Source: a phage. From it: a DNA stretch of 64,000 bases. Under the pieces are notes generated by a model, which was not told the origin of the DNA, ran no database searches, and was given only the letters and a program-made list of their open reading frames with translations. Below are positions 1-9,019 of the stretch, piece by piece. Both the position numbers and the translations under genes were made by a program. Where the stretch lies: sequence record MZ956761.1. The stretch is one strand, 5' to 3'. The number at the start of each line of letters is the position of its first letter. The stretch's first letter is position 1.

Positions 1-308
1 AGCATGAAGTGCAAGATAACTACTCATCAAACGATTCTAAATTTTGGATGTATAGTTCAAGTAACATAGATGCATGTAAACTTAATAAAGTGAGTTTTCT
101 TCCTACTGAAAATTCAAATTTTAAACCTGTAGAAAAATGGCACGCTGACGCGATTGAGAAGTCTATCAAGGCAGTAGATGATGAATTAGTTAAAGCAACC
201 AATGAAATGCTAGAAGCTGAAAAGGTGTTAGAACAAGCTCAGTCAAGGGTTCAAAATCTGACAAAGCAACGTTCTAAACTGAACAATGCATTAAATGCAC
301 TGAATTAG
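1..308 (+). CDS. hypothetical protein, 5'-truncated at window edge, coiled-coil C-terminus
   Basis: Frame open to position 1, stop at 306-308; Leu/Ala/Gln-rich heptad-like tail. Confidence 0.4.
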   Translation, partial: HEVQDNYSSNDSKFWMYSSSNIDACKLNKVSFLPTENSNFKPVEKWHADAIEKSIKAVDDELVKATNEMLEAEKVLEQAQSRVQNLTKQRSKLNNALNALN

Positions 309-337
309 TTTACTTTGCCACAAGGATGTGGTATAAT
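308..337 (+). promoter_or_regulatory. T4-type early promoter (-35 GTTTAC, extended -10 TGnTATAAT)
   Basis: GTTTAC 308-313, TATAAT 332-337; near-identical copy at 45318-45347. Confidence 0.6.
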
Positions 338-365
338 GTTCTTACTTTCTACTGAGGAGATTATT

Positions 366-1367
366 ATGACTCGCAACGAATATATCAAATCATTCAATAG
401 CGTTATTGATGATAAAGCTATACCGATGTTTGGCCAAAATAGCGTTCTTTCTATTATCAATCAGTGGCTCAATAGTGTTGATGCAGGTATTGTTTCTTCT
501 GCTAAATTTATTCATGAAATTCGTAAAATTTCTAGCCGTGTAGATAAAGATGTTATCAAGAAAACCTTTAAAGAGTCTCGTCTTCTTTCATATTTGGTTA
601 ATCGGGATATTCTTGGTAATTTTGGGAAAGAAATTAAACGAACCAAAGATGTAGTAGGATATAATTGGTTCGGTGATGTTAATTCTTATCATCTTAATGT
701 CAAAGAAGACCCTGAGAATATTTTTACTCGTCGTTGGATTAGTAATTTCAGACTTTTCAGAGGACAAATTCTAAAATCAGCTTCTAAATTATGTTATGGC
801 GATTATCGTCAAATTCATCCTTTGGCTTCTGATATGATTATCATAAAAGAATATGAACTTGATAAAAATAAAGTATCTATTTTTGTGAATTATGGATTTT
901 TTACACCAGAAACTAACCAAAAGAATATTAATAAATTTTTCTCAATTGCTAGCACTATAACTCGTCAATTAGAGACTGCATTACTTTGTATGGAAACAGT
1001 AGAAAATATTCATACATATCCTTTTAAGAATATATGCGGTTGGGAAGGATATAAAATTGTAGTTAGTCTTCGTGAAGTAAAGTGTGCGTACTCACCGACT
1101 GATAAAGAAATTTACCAACAAAAATGTGATGAAATTGTGAATACTCCTAAAGAAGAAACTACCCTTGAGGAACTAATGGAATGTCTTGACGATTCACCTG
1201 AACCGGTAGAAATTCGTCCAGAAGTTATTGCACTAGAAAAAGCTTATAAAGAAGTTCTAGAAATTTCTAATAAAGCACAGAAAGAATATGAGCAGGCTAA
1301 AAGGATTTGGGAAGAATCTGTTAATCGCTTGGATCGTCTTGAACAAGCTTTACAGTTAATTAAGTAA
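366..1367 (+). CDS. hypothetical protein (333 aa), C-terminal coiled coil
   Basis: ATG 366 with GAGGAG RBS 353-358, downstream of promoter 308-337; earlier in-frame ATGs lie inside the promoter. Confidence 0.6.
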   Translation: MTRNEYIKSFNSVIDDKAIPMFGQNSVLSIINQWLNSVDAGIVSSAKFIHEIRKISSRVDKDVIKKTFKESRLLSYLVNRDILGNFGKEIKRTKDVVGYNWFGDVNSYHLNVKEDPENIFTRRWISNFRLFRGQILKSASKLCYGDYRQIHPLASDMIIIKEYELDKNKVSIFVNYGFFTPETNQKNINKFFSIASTITRQLETALLCMETVENIHTYPFKNICGWEGYKIVVSLREVKCAYSPTDKEIYQQKCDEIVNTPKEETTLEELMECLDDSPEPVEIRPEVIALEKAYKEVLEISNKAQKEYEQAKRIWEESVNRLDRLEQALQLIK

Positions 1368-1419
1368 TTTAAAGCCAAGGATGGCTCGGAGTATAAATCA
1401 TTAACCAAGTGAGAAGAAC

Positions 1420-2349
1420 ATGAAAACTCGTAAACATTATATTGATTATTTTGATAGTCTTATTACTAAACACCGTAATTATCAGATAGGACACAGAGCA
1501 GTAATCAATAATATTCTTCGTGATTTCCTTCAATATGTTGGCCAGGAAAATCATATCTGTAAAGATACTCAGAACGCCTATTCTCATTCATTGGGCAATT
1601 TGCTTGAATGGTTTAAACGTTCTCGCATGTTATCTTCTACTGTAGCTCACGATAACATTAAAAACTTTATGAAGCCAAGCTTCATTAAATCTGCGACATC
1701 TATAACCGATTTGGTTGAATTTACTATTGTTAACGATGTTAAAAAGACCCATTTAGCTGATTGGTTATCTACCATTCCTGAAACTAAATTTGCTGATAAA
1801 TTTGCTTGTCAGTTCAATGACCAAGTGAATATGCTTTTTAAGCATGCTCGCAAACTATTTACCGCAGGCGATGACCGTACAAATACAGTTCATGTTAAGG
1901 ATTGGGTTATTGCTGATGAAGTAACACACAAGCCAGGTGGTTCATCAGTGTTAATTAATATCCAAGTTCCTTATTATTACTCACGTAATCTCGGCACCAT
2001 GAACTCTAGAGAAATTAATAAGCACAACAAAACTATTCGTTCGTTGTCTTATAAACTCCGCATGATGTTAAAAATCATGGACGTAGTAGAAATGTATGAC
2101 GAAATCGAAGATAATGGTTCAATGTTATACAGTTCACGTATTCTAATTAAACTGAAGAATCCTAATACATATAAGACAGTTGTAAAAGAGCCTAAAGTAG
2201 AAAAGATTGATAATATGAGTGAAGAACGCGAATACCTCAAATCTCGACTGGTTGAAGTTGAAGCCCAGATTGCCGAACACACCAAATTGTTAAAAGCTCT
2301 TAATGCAAAAGCAAGTGGTTTACGTAATGCTATTGAGGTATTGAAATGA
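1420..2349 (+). CDS. hypothetical protein (309 aa), C-terminal coiled coil
   Basis: Long ORF, stop overlaps next start (ATGA). Confidence 0.6.
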   Translation: MKTRKHYIDYFDSLITKHRNYQIGHRAVINNILRDFLQYVGQENHICKDTQNAYSHSLGNLLEWFKRSRMLSSTVAHDNIKNFMKPSFIKSATSITDLVEFTIVNDVKKTHLADWLSTIPETKFADKFACQFNDQVNMLFKHARKLFTAGDDRTNTVHVKDWVIADEVTHKPGGSSVLINIQVPYYYSRNLGTMNSREINKHNKTIRSLSYKLRMMLKIMDVVEMYDEIEDNGSMLYSSRILIKLKNPNTYKTVVKEPKVEKIDNMSEEREYLKSRLVEVEAQIAEHTKLLKALNAKASGLRNAIEVLK

Positions 2350-2735
2350 AAAAGCGCTTATTAGAAGATATTGCAGCTTCAAGTAATTCCAGTCTAATTA
2401 AAATTATTATGGCTGGTGAAGAAGACGATCTGGAAATGCGTGGAAAGATTCACGGCTGCGACGATTTAGATTTTAAACCTCCAGCATGGGATGCTATTAT
2501 GGCTATGGTTGAACGACGTGAAAGAGCTTCTAAAAACGTTCCTAATTGCCCTGAATGCGGTACTGAACAGGTTCAATTGATTAACTGGCGTAAACCGGAA
2601 CTTGAATATAAATGCCGTCATTGTAAACACAAATTTAGCAAGCATGCTCCGGAAATGGTTAAATTACCTGACTCTACTGAGTTCTTTAAAGAACTTGCGA
2701 GTGTTCAACCAATGCCTAATAATATTTTGGATTAA
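2346..2735 (+). CDS. hypothetical zinc-ribbon protein (129 aa)
   Basis: CPECG...CRHC cysteine pairs; translationally coupled to upstream ORF. Confidence 0.55.
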   Translation: MKKRLLEDIAASSNSSLIKIIMAGEEDDLEMRGKIHGCDDLDFKPPAWDAIMAMVERRERASKNVPNCPECGTEQVQLINWRKPELEYKCRHCKHKFSKHAPEMVKLPDSTEFFKELASVQPMPNNILD

Positions 2736-2737
2736 AA

Positions 2738-2980
2738 ATGACCAAGCGTAAAGAATATATGGAGACTGCTGAAAAGGCAGTCCGTGAATTAGCAATAGCG
2801 TATTATAATGAACATGGTAAATTTCCTGATAGATACAGCGTGCTTAAATCTGCTATAACTCGTTCATATAAAAATATGCTATCAGAAGTAAGTGATATTA
2901 TATACAAACATAAAGAGCAAACGGGCCAAAGTCTTGATTACGATGAGACTTTTAAACAAGTACTAGGAATTAAGGAATAA
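2738..2980 (+). CDS. hypothetical protein (80 aa)
   Basis: ORF packed between neighbours, same strand. Confidence 0.5.
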   Translation: MTKRKEYMETAEKAVRELAIAYYNEHGKFPDRYSVLKSAITRSYKNMLSEVSDIIYKHKEQTGQSLDYDETFKQVLGIKE

Positions 2981-2981
2981 T

Positions 2982-3245
2982 ATGTTTAAAGTATATGGTT
3001 ATGATAGCAACATCCATAAATGTGTGTATTGCGATAATGCAAAACGTCTTTTGACTGTAAAGAAACAGCCGTTTGAATTTATCAACATTATGCCGGAAAA
3101 AGGTGTTTTTGATGATGAGAAAATCGCTGAGCTTCTGACGAAACTAGGTCGTGATACTCAAATTGGTTTGACGATGCCACAAGTATTTGCTCCTGATGGA
3201 AGTCATATTGGTGGATTTGACCAATTGCGGGAATACTTTAAATGA
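2982..3245 (+). CDS. nrdC: phage thioredoxin/glutaredoxin NrdC
   Basis: 87 aa, CVYC redox motif; size and sequence agree with my recollection of T4 NrdC. Confidence 0.85.
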   Translation: MFKVYGYDSNIHKCVYCDNAKRLLTVKKQPFEFINIMPEKGVFDDEKIAELLTKLGRDTQIGLTMPQVFAPDGSHIGGFDQLREYFK

Positions 3246-3457
3246 TGCTCGAAGGAACTGATTATATCCATGACTACCGCGGAAGCGCGGTATATGTAGG
3301 TGATGAAGTCGCAGTTTACTATGGGTATGGAACTTTGATGACAGCCAAGGTTATTCAAATTAAAAATAATCGTGCTAAACTCGAAGTTTATTATTCTAAT
3401 GGTGAAAAGTCTATTTCTAAATGGAAATACGGCGATTGTATGGTCAAAATGGGGTAA
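3242..3457 (+). CDS. hypothetical protein (71 aa)
   Basis: ORF with ATGA overlap to nrdC stop. Confidence 0.5.
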   Translation: MMLEGTDYIHDYRGSAVYVGDEVAVYYGYGTLMTAKVIQIKNNRAKLEVYYSNGEKSISKWKYGDCMVKMG

Positions 3458-3459
3458 AT

Positions 3460-3630
3460 ATGATTTACGATATTAGTGTATCAAGAACTCCGTCAATGGT
3501 TACTATTCCAGCTGAAGAACTAGATCGTCTTCAGAAAATTGAAGAACTTCTTTGGGAAATTGAATCTGATTTGCCATCAGGACTAGAATCCTGGATTGAT
3601 TATGAAGAACTTAATAAATTGCGAAATTAA
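3460..3630 (+). CDS. hypothetical acidic protein (56 aa)
   Basis: First ATG after upstream stop; start choice uncertain. Confidence 0.4.
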   Translation: MIYDISVSRTPSMVTIPAEELDRLQKIEELLWEIESDLPSGLESWIDYEELNKLRN

Positions 3631-3640
3631 TTGGTGAAAA

Positions 3641-3961
3641 ATGACTATTGAAAATAAATTAGATGTTGATGCAATTCTGAGCGAAATCATCGAAGACCAT
3701 GATGCATTTTCAGAAAATTATGATTTCGATTTTTCGGATTATCTTAAACCTGTCGAAATAGAAGATTGGGTACAAGATGGCAAATGCCAATATCGGCAGT
3801 GCGTTTATTTTAGTCCAAAACATAACGTTTATGTGTCTGTAAATGAATCTCGCTCAGGTTCTTACCATTCTGACTGGTATTATGCAGTTCCTACAGTTGA
3901 ACTGGTTGAGCTTCGAGAACGTGTAGTAACTCAGACAGTACGAGAATGGATTACGCTATAA
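3641..3961 (+). CDS. hypothetical protein (106 aa)
   Basis: ORF, same strand. Confidence 0.5.
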   Translation: MTIENKLDVDAILSEIIEDHDAFSENYDFDFSDYLKPVEIEDWVQDGKCQYRQCVYFSPKHNVYVSVNESRSGSYHSDWYYAVPTVELVELRERVVTQTVREWITL

Positions 3962-4084
3962 AACCTTGGTGGGCGGCTAGATGGGAAACTGTAGAGCCAG
4001 AGCCGGAAGAACCGGTTTACACTGATGAAGAAACAGTATATAATGAACCAACGATAAATGACTTAATTGATATGGAGATGGGAC

Positions 4085-4489
4085 ATGATTACAGTAGATA
4101 AGTGGTTTAGAATTAATCGTGCTGATACAGGGCTGTGTAATTACTGGCCGGAACTTAGTGCAGGTGCTGTCTTTAAAGTTCGTGAACTTGCAAAAGAATG
4201 TGAAGATGATATAGAACCTGATACTGGAATTATTGAAATTGAACTTTCTGATGGAAAGATTATTAACATCTACGATAAGCCAATTACGTATTGGTGCTTA
4301 TGGAATACTGAATCAGTAGAAAATGGCGAAATTGAAGAAGTTGTAGAGAGAACTAATCAAGTTGTTCAGAAGCCTAAAGCCGATTTTCAAGGTGAACGCA
4401 TTTCATACGCATTAGCTAAATTAGCTGCACAAGAAAATAACGATGGTTATGAAGGAAATTTAATGCAAGCTTGCCGCAGAGTACATTGA
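4085..4489 (+). CDS. hypothetical protein (134 aa), 49.x/pin-region ORF
   Basis: ATG 4085 preceded by GGAGATGGG; listed ORF begins at TTG 4067. Confidence 0.5.
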   Translation: MITVDKWFRINRADTGLCNYWPELSAGAVFKVRELAKECEDDIEPDTGIIEIELSDGKIINIYDKPITYWCLWNTESVENGEIEEVVERTNQVVQKPKADFQGERISYALAKLAAQENNDGYEGNLMQACRRVH

Positions 4490-4582
4490 ATGGCTTGAAA
4501 CTCAAATTTCTTTTTCTGACCGAATGATTCAGCAATATAAGCGATTGCATCAAATGTTTTACAATACTTGAAAATAATAAAT

Positions 4583-4607
4583 ACCCTTATCTATTTAAGG
4601 TAAGGGT
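4583..4607 (+). promoter_or_regulatory. RNA hairpin sequestering the gene 49 ribosome-binding site
   Basis: ACCCTTA (4583-4589) / TAAGGGT (4601-4607) inverted repeat, right arm contains the RBS 7 nt before ATG 4613; T4 gene 49 is known to be regulated this way. Confidence 0.55.
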
Positions 4608-4612
4608 TTATT

Positions 4613-5086
4613 ATGTTATTGACTGGCAAATTATATAAAGAAGAAAAACAGAAATTTTATGATGCACAAAACGGTAAATGTTTAATTTGCCAACGAGAAC
4701 TAAATCCTGATGTTCAAGCTAATCACCTTGACCATGACCATGAATTAAATGGACCAAAAGCAGGAAAGGTACGTGGATTGCTTTGTAATCTCTGCAATGC
4801 TGCAGAAGGTCAAATGAAGCATAAATTTAATCGTTCTGGCTTAAAGGGACAAGGTGTTGATTATCTTGAATGGTTAGAAAATTTACTCACTTATTTAAAA
4901 TCCGATTACACCCAAAATAATATTCACCCTAACTTTGTTGGAGATAAATCAAAGGAATTTTCTCGTTTAGGAAAAGAGGAAATGATGGCTGAGATGCTTC
5001 AAAGAGGATTTGAATATAATGAATCTGACACTAAAACACAATTAATAGCTTCATTTAAGAAGCAACTTAGAAAGAGTTTAAAATGA
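4613..5086 (+). CDS. 49: recombination endonuclease VII (Holliday-junction resolvase)
   Basis: 157 aa; CLIC...HLDHDHELNG...CNLCN zinc/HNH-like motif; matches recollection of T4 gp49. Confidence 0.9.
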   Translation: MLLTGKLYKEEKQKFYDAQNGKCLICQRELNPDVQANHLDHDHELNGPKAGKVRGLLCNLCNAAEGQMKHKFNRSGLKGQGVDYLEWLENLLTYLKSDYTQNNIHPNFVGDKSKEFSRLGKEEMMAEMLQRGFEYNESDTKTQLIASFKKQLRKSLK

Positions 5087-6900
5087 CAATTGAAAAAGAA
5101 ATTGAAGGATTGATTCATAAAACTAATAAAGACCTTTTGAACGAGAATGCTAATAAAGATTCTCGTGTTTTTCCAACTCAACGGGACCTTATGGCTGGTA
5201 TTGTGTCTAAACACATTGCCAAAAATATGGTCCCGTCTTTTATTATGAAAGCGCATGAAAGCGGAATTATCCATTTCCATGATATTGATTATTCCCCTGC
5301 TCTTCCATTTACTAATTGCTGTTTAGTAGATTTAAAAGGAATGCTTGAAAACGGATTTAAGCTCGGTAATGCGCAGATTGAAACTCCTAAATCAATTGGC
5401 GTTGCTACTGCAATTATGGCACAAATTACTGCGCAGGTTGCTTCCCATCAATATGGCGGAACAACTTTTGCGAATGTAGATAAAGTACTTTCTCCTTATG
5501 TTAAACGCACCTATGCAAAACATATTGAGGATGCAGAAAAATGGCAAATCGCTGATGTGTTGAATTATGCCCAATCTAAAACAGAAAAAGACGTATACGA
5601 TGCATTCCAAGCTTATGAATATGAAGTAAATACTCTCTTTAGTTCAAACGGACAAACGCCTTTTGTAACAATTACATTTGGTACGGGAACTGACTGGACT
5701 GAACGAATGATTCAGAAAGCAATTCTGAAAAATCGTATTAAAGGTCTTGGTCGTGATGGGATAACTCCTATTTTCCCTAAGCTTGTTATGTTCGTTGAAG
5801 AAGGTGTTAATCTTTATAAAGACGATCCGAACTATGATATTAAGCAGCTTGCTCTAGAGTGTGCAAGCAAAAGGATGTATCCTGATATTATTTCAGTTAA
5901 GAACAATAAAGCTATCACTGGTTCATCTGTTCCTGTTTCTCCAATGGGTTGCCGTAGTTTCTTGAGCGTATGGAAAGATTCGACTGGTAATGAAATTCTT
6001 GATGGGCGTAATAATCTTGGTGTTGTAACACTGAATCTTCCTCGTATTGCGTTAGATTCTTATATTGGAACACAGTTTAATGAACAGAAATTTGCCGAAT
6101 TGTTCAATGAACGAATGGATTTGTGTTTTGAAGCTTTGATGTGTAGAATTAGTTCCTTAAAAGGAGTTAAAGCGACTGTTGCTCCTATTCTTTACCAAGA
6201 AGGTGCATTCGGGGTTCGTCTTAAACCTGATGACGACATAATTGAGTTATTTAAAAACGGTAGAAGTTCAGTGTCCTTAGGATACATTGGTATTCACGAA
6301 TTGAATATTCTTGTCGGTCGTGATATTGGACAGGAAATTTTGACTAAAATGAATGCTCGTCTTAAGCAGTGGACTGAAAGAACCGGTTTTGCTTTTAGCT
6401 TGTATTCTACTCCTGCTGAAAACCTGTGCTATCGCTTCTGTAAACTTGATACTGAGAAATATGGAAGTGTAAAGGATGTTACTGATAAAGGCTGGTACAC
6501 TAACAGTTTCCATGTTTCAGTAGAAGAAAATATTACTCCGTTTGAAAAGATTTCTCGCGAAGCCCCATATCATTTCATTGCGACAGGCGGTCACATTTCT
6601 TATGTTGAACTTCCTGATATGAAAAATAACTTAAAAGGTCTTGAGGCTGTATGGGATTATGCTGCACAACATTTAGATTATTTTGGTGTTAACATGCCAG
6701 TAGATAAATGTTTTACATGTGGAAGTACACATGAAATGACTCCTACTGAAAACGGATTTGTTTGTTCTATTTGTGGAGAAACTGATCCTAAAAAGATGAA
6801 CACAATAAGAAGAACTTGTGGTTATTTGGGAAATCCGAACGAACGCGGATTTAATCTCGGCAAAAATAAAGAAATCATGCATAGGGTTAAACACCAATGA
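5083..6900 (+). CDS. nrdD: anaerobic ribonucleotide reductase NrdD
   Basis: 605 aa; C-terminal zinc ribbon CFTCG...CSICG and glycyl-radical motif RRTCGYLG; one uninterrupted ORF. Confidence 0.9.
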   Translation: MTIEKEIEGLIHKTNKDLLNENANKDSRVFPTQRDLMAGIVSKHIAKNMVPSFIMKAHESGIIHFHDIDYSPALPFTNCCLVDLKGMLENGFKLGNAQIETPKSIGVATAIMAQITAQVASHQYGGTTFANVDKVLSPYVKRTYAKHIEDAEKWQIADVLNYAQSKTEKDVYDAFQAYEYEVNTLFSSNGQTPFVTITFGTGTDWTERMIQKAILKNRIKGLGRDGITPIFPKLVMFVEEGVNLYKDDPNYDIKQLALECASKRMYPDIISVKNNKAITGSSVPVSPMGCRSFLSVWKDSTGNEILDGRNNLGVVTLNLPRIALDSYIGTQFNEQKFAELFNERMDLCFEALMCRISSLKGVKATVAPILYQEGAFGVRLKPDDDIIELFKNGRSSVSLGYIGIHELNILVGRDIGQEILTKMNARLKQWTERTGFAFSLYSTPAENLCYRFCKLDTEKYGSVKDVTDKGWYTNSFHVSVEENITPFEKISREAPYHFIATGGHISYVELPDMKNNLKGLEAVWDYAAQHLDYFGVNMPVDKCFTCGSTHEMTPTENGFVCSICGETDPKKMNTIRRTCGYLGNPNERGFNLGKNKEIMHRVKHQ

Positions 6901-7367
6901 ATTATGATAGATTTTATCCTTGCGATTTTGTGAATGGCCCTGGATGCAGGGTCGTTCTTTTCGTTACAGGTTGTTTGCATAAATGCGAAGGGTGTTATAA
7001 TAAATCAACATGGAATGCTAGAAACGGTGTTCCATTCACTGGTGAAACGCTGGAACAATTAATTGAATGTTTGAATAATGATTATATAGAAGGATTAACT
7101 ATAACTGGAGGAGACCCTCTCTATCCTGATAACCGAGATGTTGTTCATTGCATTGTTCAAACAGTAAAAAATCTTTATCCCAATAAAAGCATTTGGTTGT
7201 GGACAGGATATAAGTTTGAAGATATTAAACAACTAGAAATGCTTAAATATGTTGATGTTATTATTGATGGGAAGTATGAGAAAAATCTTCCGACTAAAAA
7301 GCTGTGGCGAGGATCAGATAATCAGCGACTTTGGTCAAATACCGATGGGGTGTGGAAACATGATTAA
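6897..7367 (+). CDS. nrdG: anaerobic RNR activating enzyme NrdG (radical SAM)
   Basis: 156 aa; CLHKCEGC (CxxxCxxC) cluster motif; ATGA overlap with nrdD. Confidence 0.9.
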   Translation: MNYDRFYPCDFVNGPGCRVVLFVTGCLHKCEGCYNKSTWNARNGVPFTGETLEQLIECLNNDYIEGLTITGGDPLYPDNRDVVHCIVQTVKNLYPNKSIWLWTGYKFEDIKQLEMLKYVDVIIDGKYEKNLPTKKLWRGSDNQRLWSNTDGVWKHD

Positions 7368-7482
7368 ATTGAATTATATTATGGACACTATAAATGATAT
7401 GATTTTTCATTTTGGTCCAGAATTTTATTCGCAATATAGTTTAGTGCTTATCAATGCTTGGTTAATCAATTAAGGGTAAAAT

Positions 7483-7695
7483 ATGTATAAATTTCGCAAA
7501 GGTTTAGCTGATTTTCTTACAACTGTAACATTCTTTCTGTTTATGGCAGTTGGAGCTATTTTCCTTATTCCTTTTATTGCTATATTTTTCGTGATTAGTT
7601 TGATTTCTCCAGAAAAAGGACTGTCTTCTAGCGAGTTCAATGAGCGTCTGGATAAAATTACTAATAAGCTGAATGCTGCTCTTAGTAAGGAATAG
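7483..7695 (+). CDS. hypothetical membrane protein (70 aa)
   Basis: Hydrophobic helix FFLFMAVGAIFLIPFIAIFFVISLI. Confidence 0.5.
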   Translation: MYKFRKGLADFLTTVTFFLFMAVGAIFLIPFIAIFFVISLISPEKGLSSSEFNERLDKITNKLNAALSKE

Positions 7696-7697
7696 TT

Positions 7698-8006
7698 GTG
7701 AAACAAAACAAGATTGAAGTCTATGGAATTCCAGATGAAGTAGGTCGTTGTCCTGGATGTCAATCAGTTACAAAACTTCTAAAGGAGCTCAATGCTCCTT
7801 TTACTTTCTATAAAGTTCTTACAAATAATGGTAAGATTGAGTATGATCGTCCACTGATTGTATCTCTTGCTAAACGCGCTGGATTCACATCTCTTAACAT
7901 TCGTTATCCAGTCATTTTCATTAATGATTCTAGACAAAAGAACATTAAACACTTCAAAGAAACTCTCATTTCACTCGGATATGATAGAGATATCATAGAA
8001 GACTAA
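7698..8006 (+). CDS. nrdH: glutaredoxin-like protein NrdH
   Basis: 102 aa, CPGC motif, GTG start; synteny next to nrdG. Confidence 0.7.
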   Translation: MKQNKIEVYGIPDEVGRCPGCQSVTKLLKELNAPFTFYKVLTNNGKIEYDRPLIVSLAKRAGFTSLNIRYPVIFINDSRQKNIKHFKETLISLGYDRDIIED

Positions 8007-8010
8007 GACG

Positions 8011-8030
8011 GGCCCTCTGGGCCTTTCTTT
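8011..8030 (+). terminator. GC hairpin with U-rich tail after nrdH
   Basis: GGCCC-TCT-GGGCC then TTTCTTT. Confidence 0.5.
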
Positions 8031-8104
8031 CTCACATTCTGTATATTACCATTCTAAGCTATCGTTCCCTTCTTATCGTTCCCTAAAATAATTTTCACAA
8101 AGTT

Positions 8105-8134
8105 GTTTACAAGAAGTTCAAACTGTGGTATTAT
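8105..8134 (+). promoter_or_regulatory. T4-type early promoter
   Basis: GTTTAC 8105-8110, TATTAT 8129-8134. Confidence 0.6.
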
Positions 8135-8164
8135 TAACATATGAATTGCCTTTGAGGATTTGAT

Positions 8165-8341
8165 ATGGTTGATAAAGAGATTAAAAGGGATCAGTATTAT
8201 CGTGTTAACGGACATATTGTTATTGTTACAGCAGTAGATGATCTAGATGTTCATTATACTGTACTTAAATGGAATAAACAGATGATTTGCGATCGTGCTG
8301 TATTTAGTTCAGCTGCTAAGGAAATTAAACTCCATGGGTAA
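8165..8341 (+). CDS. hypothetical protein (58 aa)
   Basis: ATG 8165 with GAGGA RBS; not in ORF track (below 60 aa). Confidence 0.4.
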   Translation: MVDKEIKRDQYYRVNGHIVIVTAVDDLDVHYTVLKWNKQMICDRAVFSSAAKEIKLHG

Positions 8342-8627
8342 AACGTATCGTCGTAAAGACTTGAAAGTTCGTGATTATGACTATTTCGGAAAGCGTAAAG
8401 CTCCTGATGGTGTAAGTCATAAAGATATGGTTGAAAACATTTTTCGCTCAGATAAATGGCGTAGAATGAAAGGCATTGATTCAGAAGTTAAAGATGAGCT
8501 AAATCGCCAATTACGTGGTGAAGTAAGAAAGTTGAAAAAATCAGTTTACATTGACGATGATTTTGATTACAATACTTCTCAACGAGTTGCTAAGCGTAAA
8601 TCAAACGAGTGCTATCGTTACAGCTGA
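8334..8627 (+). CDS. hypothetical basic protein (97 aa)
   Basis: ATG 8334 overlapping upstream stop; Lys/Arg-rich. Confidence 0.45.
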   Translation: MGKTYRRKDLKVRDYDYFGKRKAPDGVSHKDMVENIFRSDKWRRMKGIDSEVKDELNRQLRGEVRKLKKSVYIDDDFDYNTSQRVAKRKSNECYRYS

Positions 8628-8634
8628 GGAAAAT

Positions 8635-8766
8635 ATGAATATCAAACGCATGCTTTTTAAACAAGGATTATACACTTTAAATGTTGCTCCAAAAGGCGAT
8701 ACGACTAAGTGGTCAGTAAATGACTGGATTAAATTTATTGATGAAAATGGTAACTGGAAAATTTAA
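8635..8766 (+). CDS. hypothetical protein (43 aa)
   Basis: ATG 8635 after GAGGA; short. Confidence 0.35.
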   Translation: MNIKRMLFKQGLYTLNVAPKGDTTKWSVNDWIKFIDENGNWKI

Positions 8767-8967
8767 ATGAATCCTGAATCTAAATTATCGCAACGAATTG
8801 CTGAAGCTCGTCGTCAGTTCTTTGAAAATATGATAGCCCAAGGTATTGATGACGAAGTTTTTCTAAACTGGTTTTGGAATCACAAATATTCAAGTTGCTC
8901 AGGAGCAATATTAATATCAGCTGCAATGATGTACGAAGGCTGGAAGGGTGCCAAACAGTTTAGCTAA
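8767..8967 (+). CDS. hypothetical protein (66 aa)
   Basis: ORF followed by terminator hairpin. Confidence 0.45.
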   Translation: MNPESKLSQRIAEARRQFFENMIAQGIDDEVFLNWFWNHKYSSCSGAILISAAMMYEGWKGAKQFS

Positions 8968-8984
8968 GGGCTTCGGCCCTTTTT
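8966..8984 (+). terminator. intrinsic terminator-like hairpin (UUCG loop)
   Basis: AAGGGC-TTCG-GCCCTT-TTT. Confidence 0.6.
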
Positions 8985-9019
8985 GGATAATAAAATTTTA
9001 ACGCAATTGAGGATAATGT

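Noticed and set aside
20-202. 60-aa ORF on - strand
   Set aside because: Antisense to an open + strand frame in a region where genes are uniformly + oriented; no RBS noticed; likely a shadow ORF.
1369-1587. 72-aa ORF on - strand
   Set aside because: Overlaps the start of the 309-aa + strand ORF; AT-rich antisense frame, no RBS.
2049-2285. 78-aa ORF on - strand
   Set aside because: Entirely inside the + strand ORF 1420-2349; shadow ORF.
3962-4084. Open acidic reading frame (...EPEPEEPVYTDEETVYNEPTINDLID...) between ORF 3641 and ORF 4085
   Set aside because: No in-frame start codon until the last few codons; treated as intergenic. A frameshift extension cannot be excluded.
7381-7473. 30-aa ORF downstream of nrdG (part of listed ORF 7249-7473)
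   Set aside because: Listed ORF overlaps nrdG in another frame; the residual 30-aa frame has no RBS.
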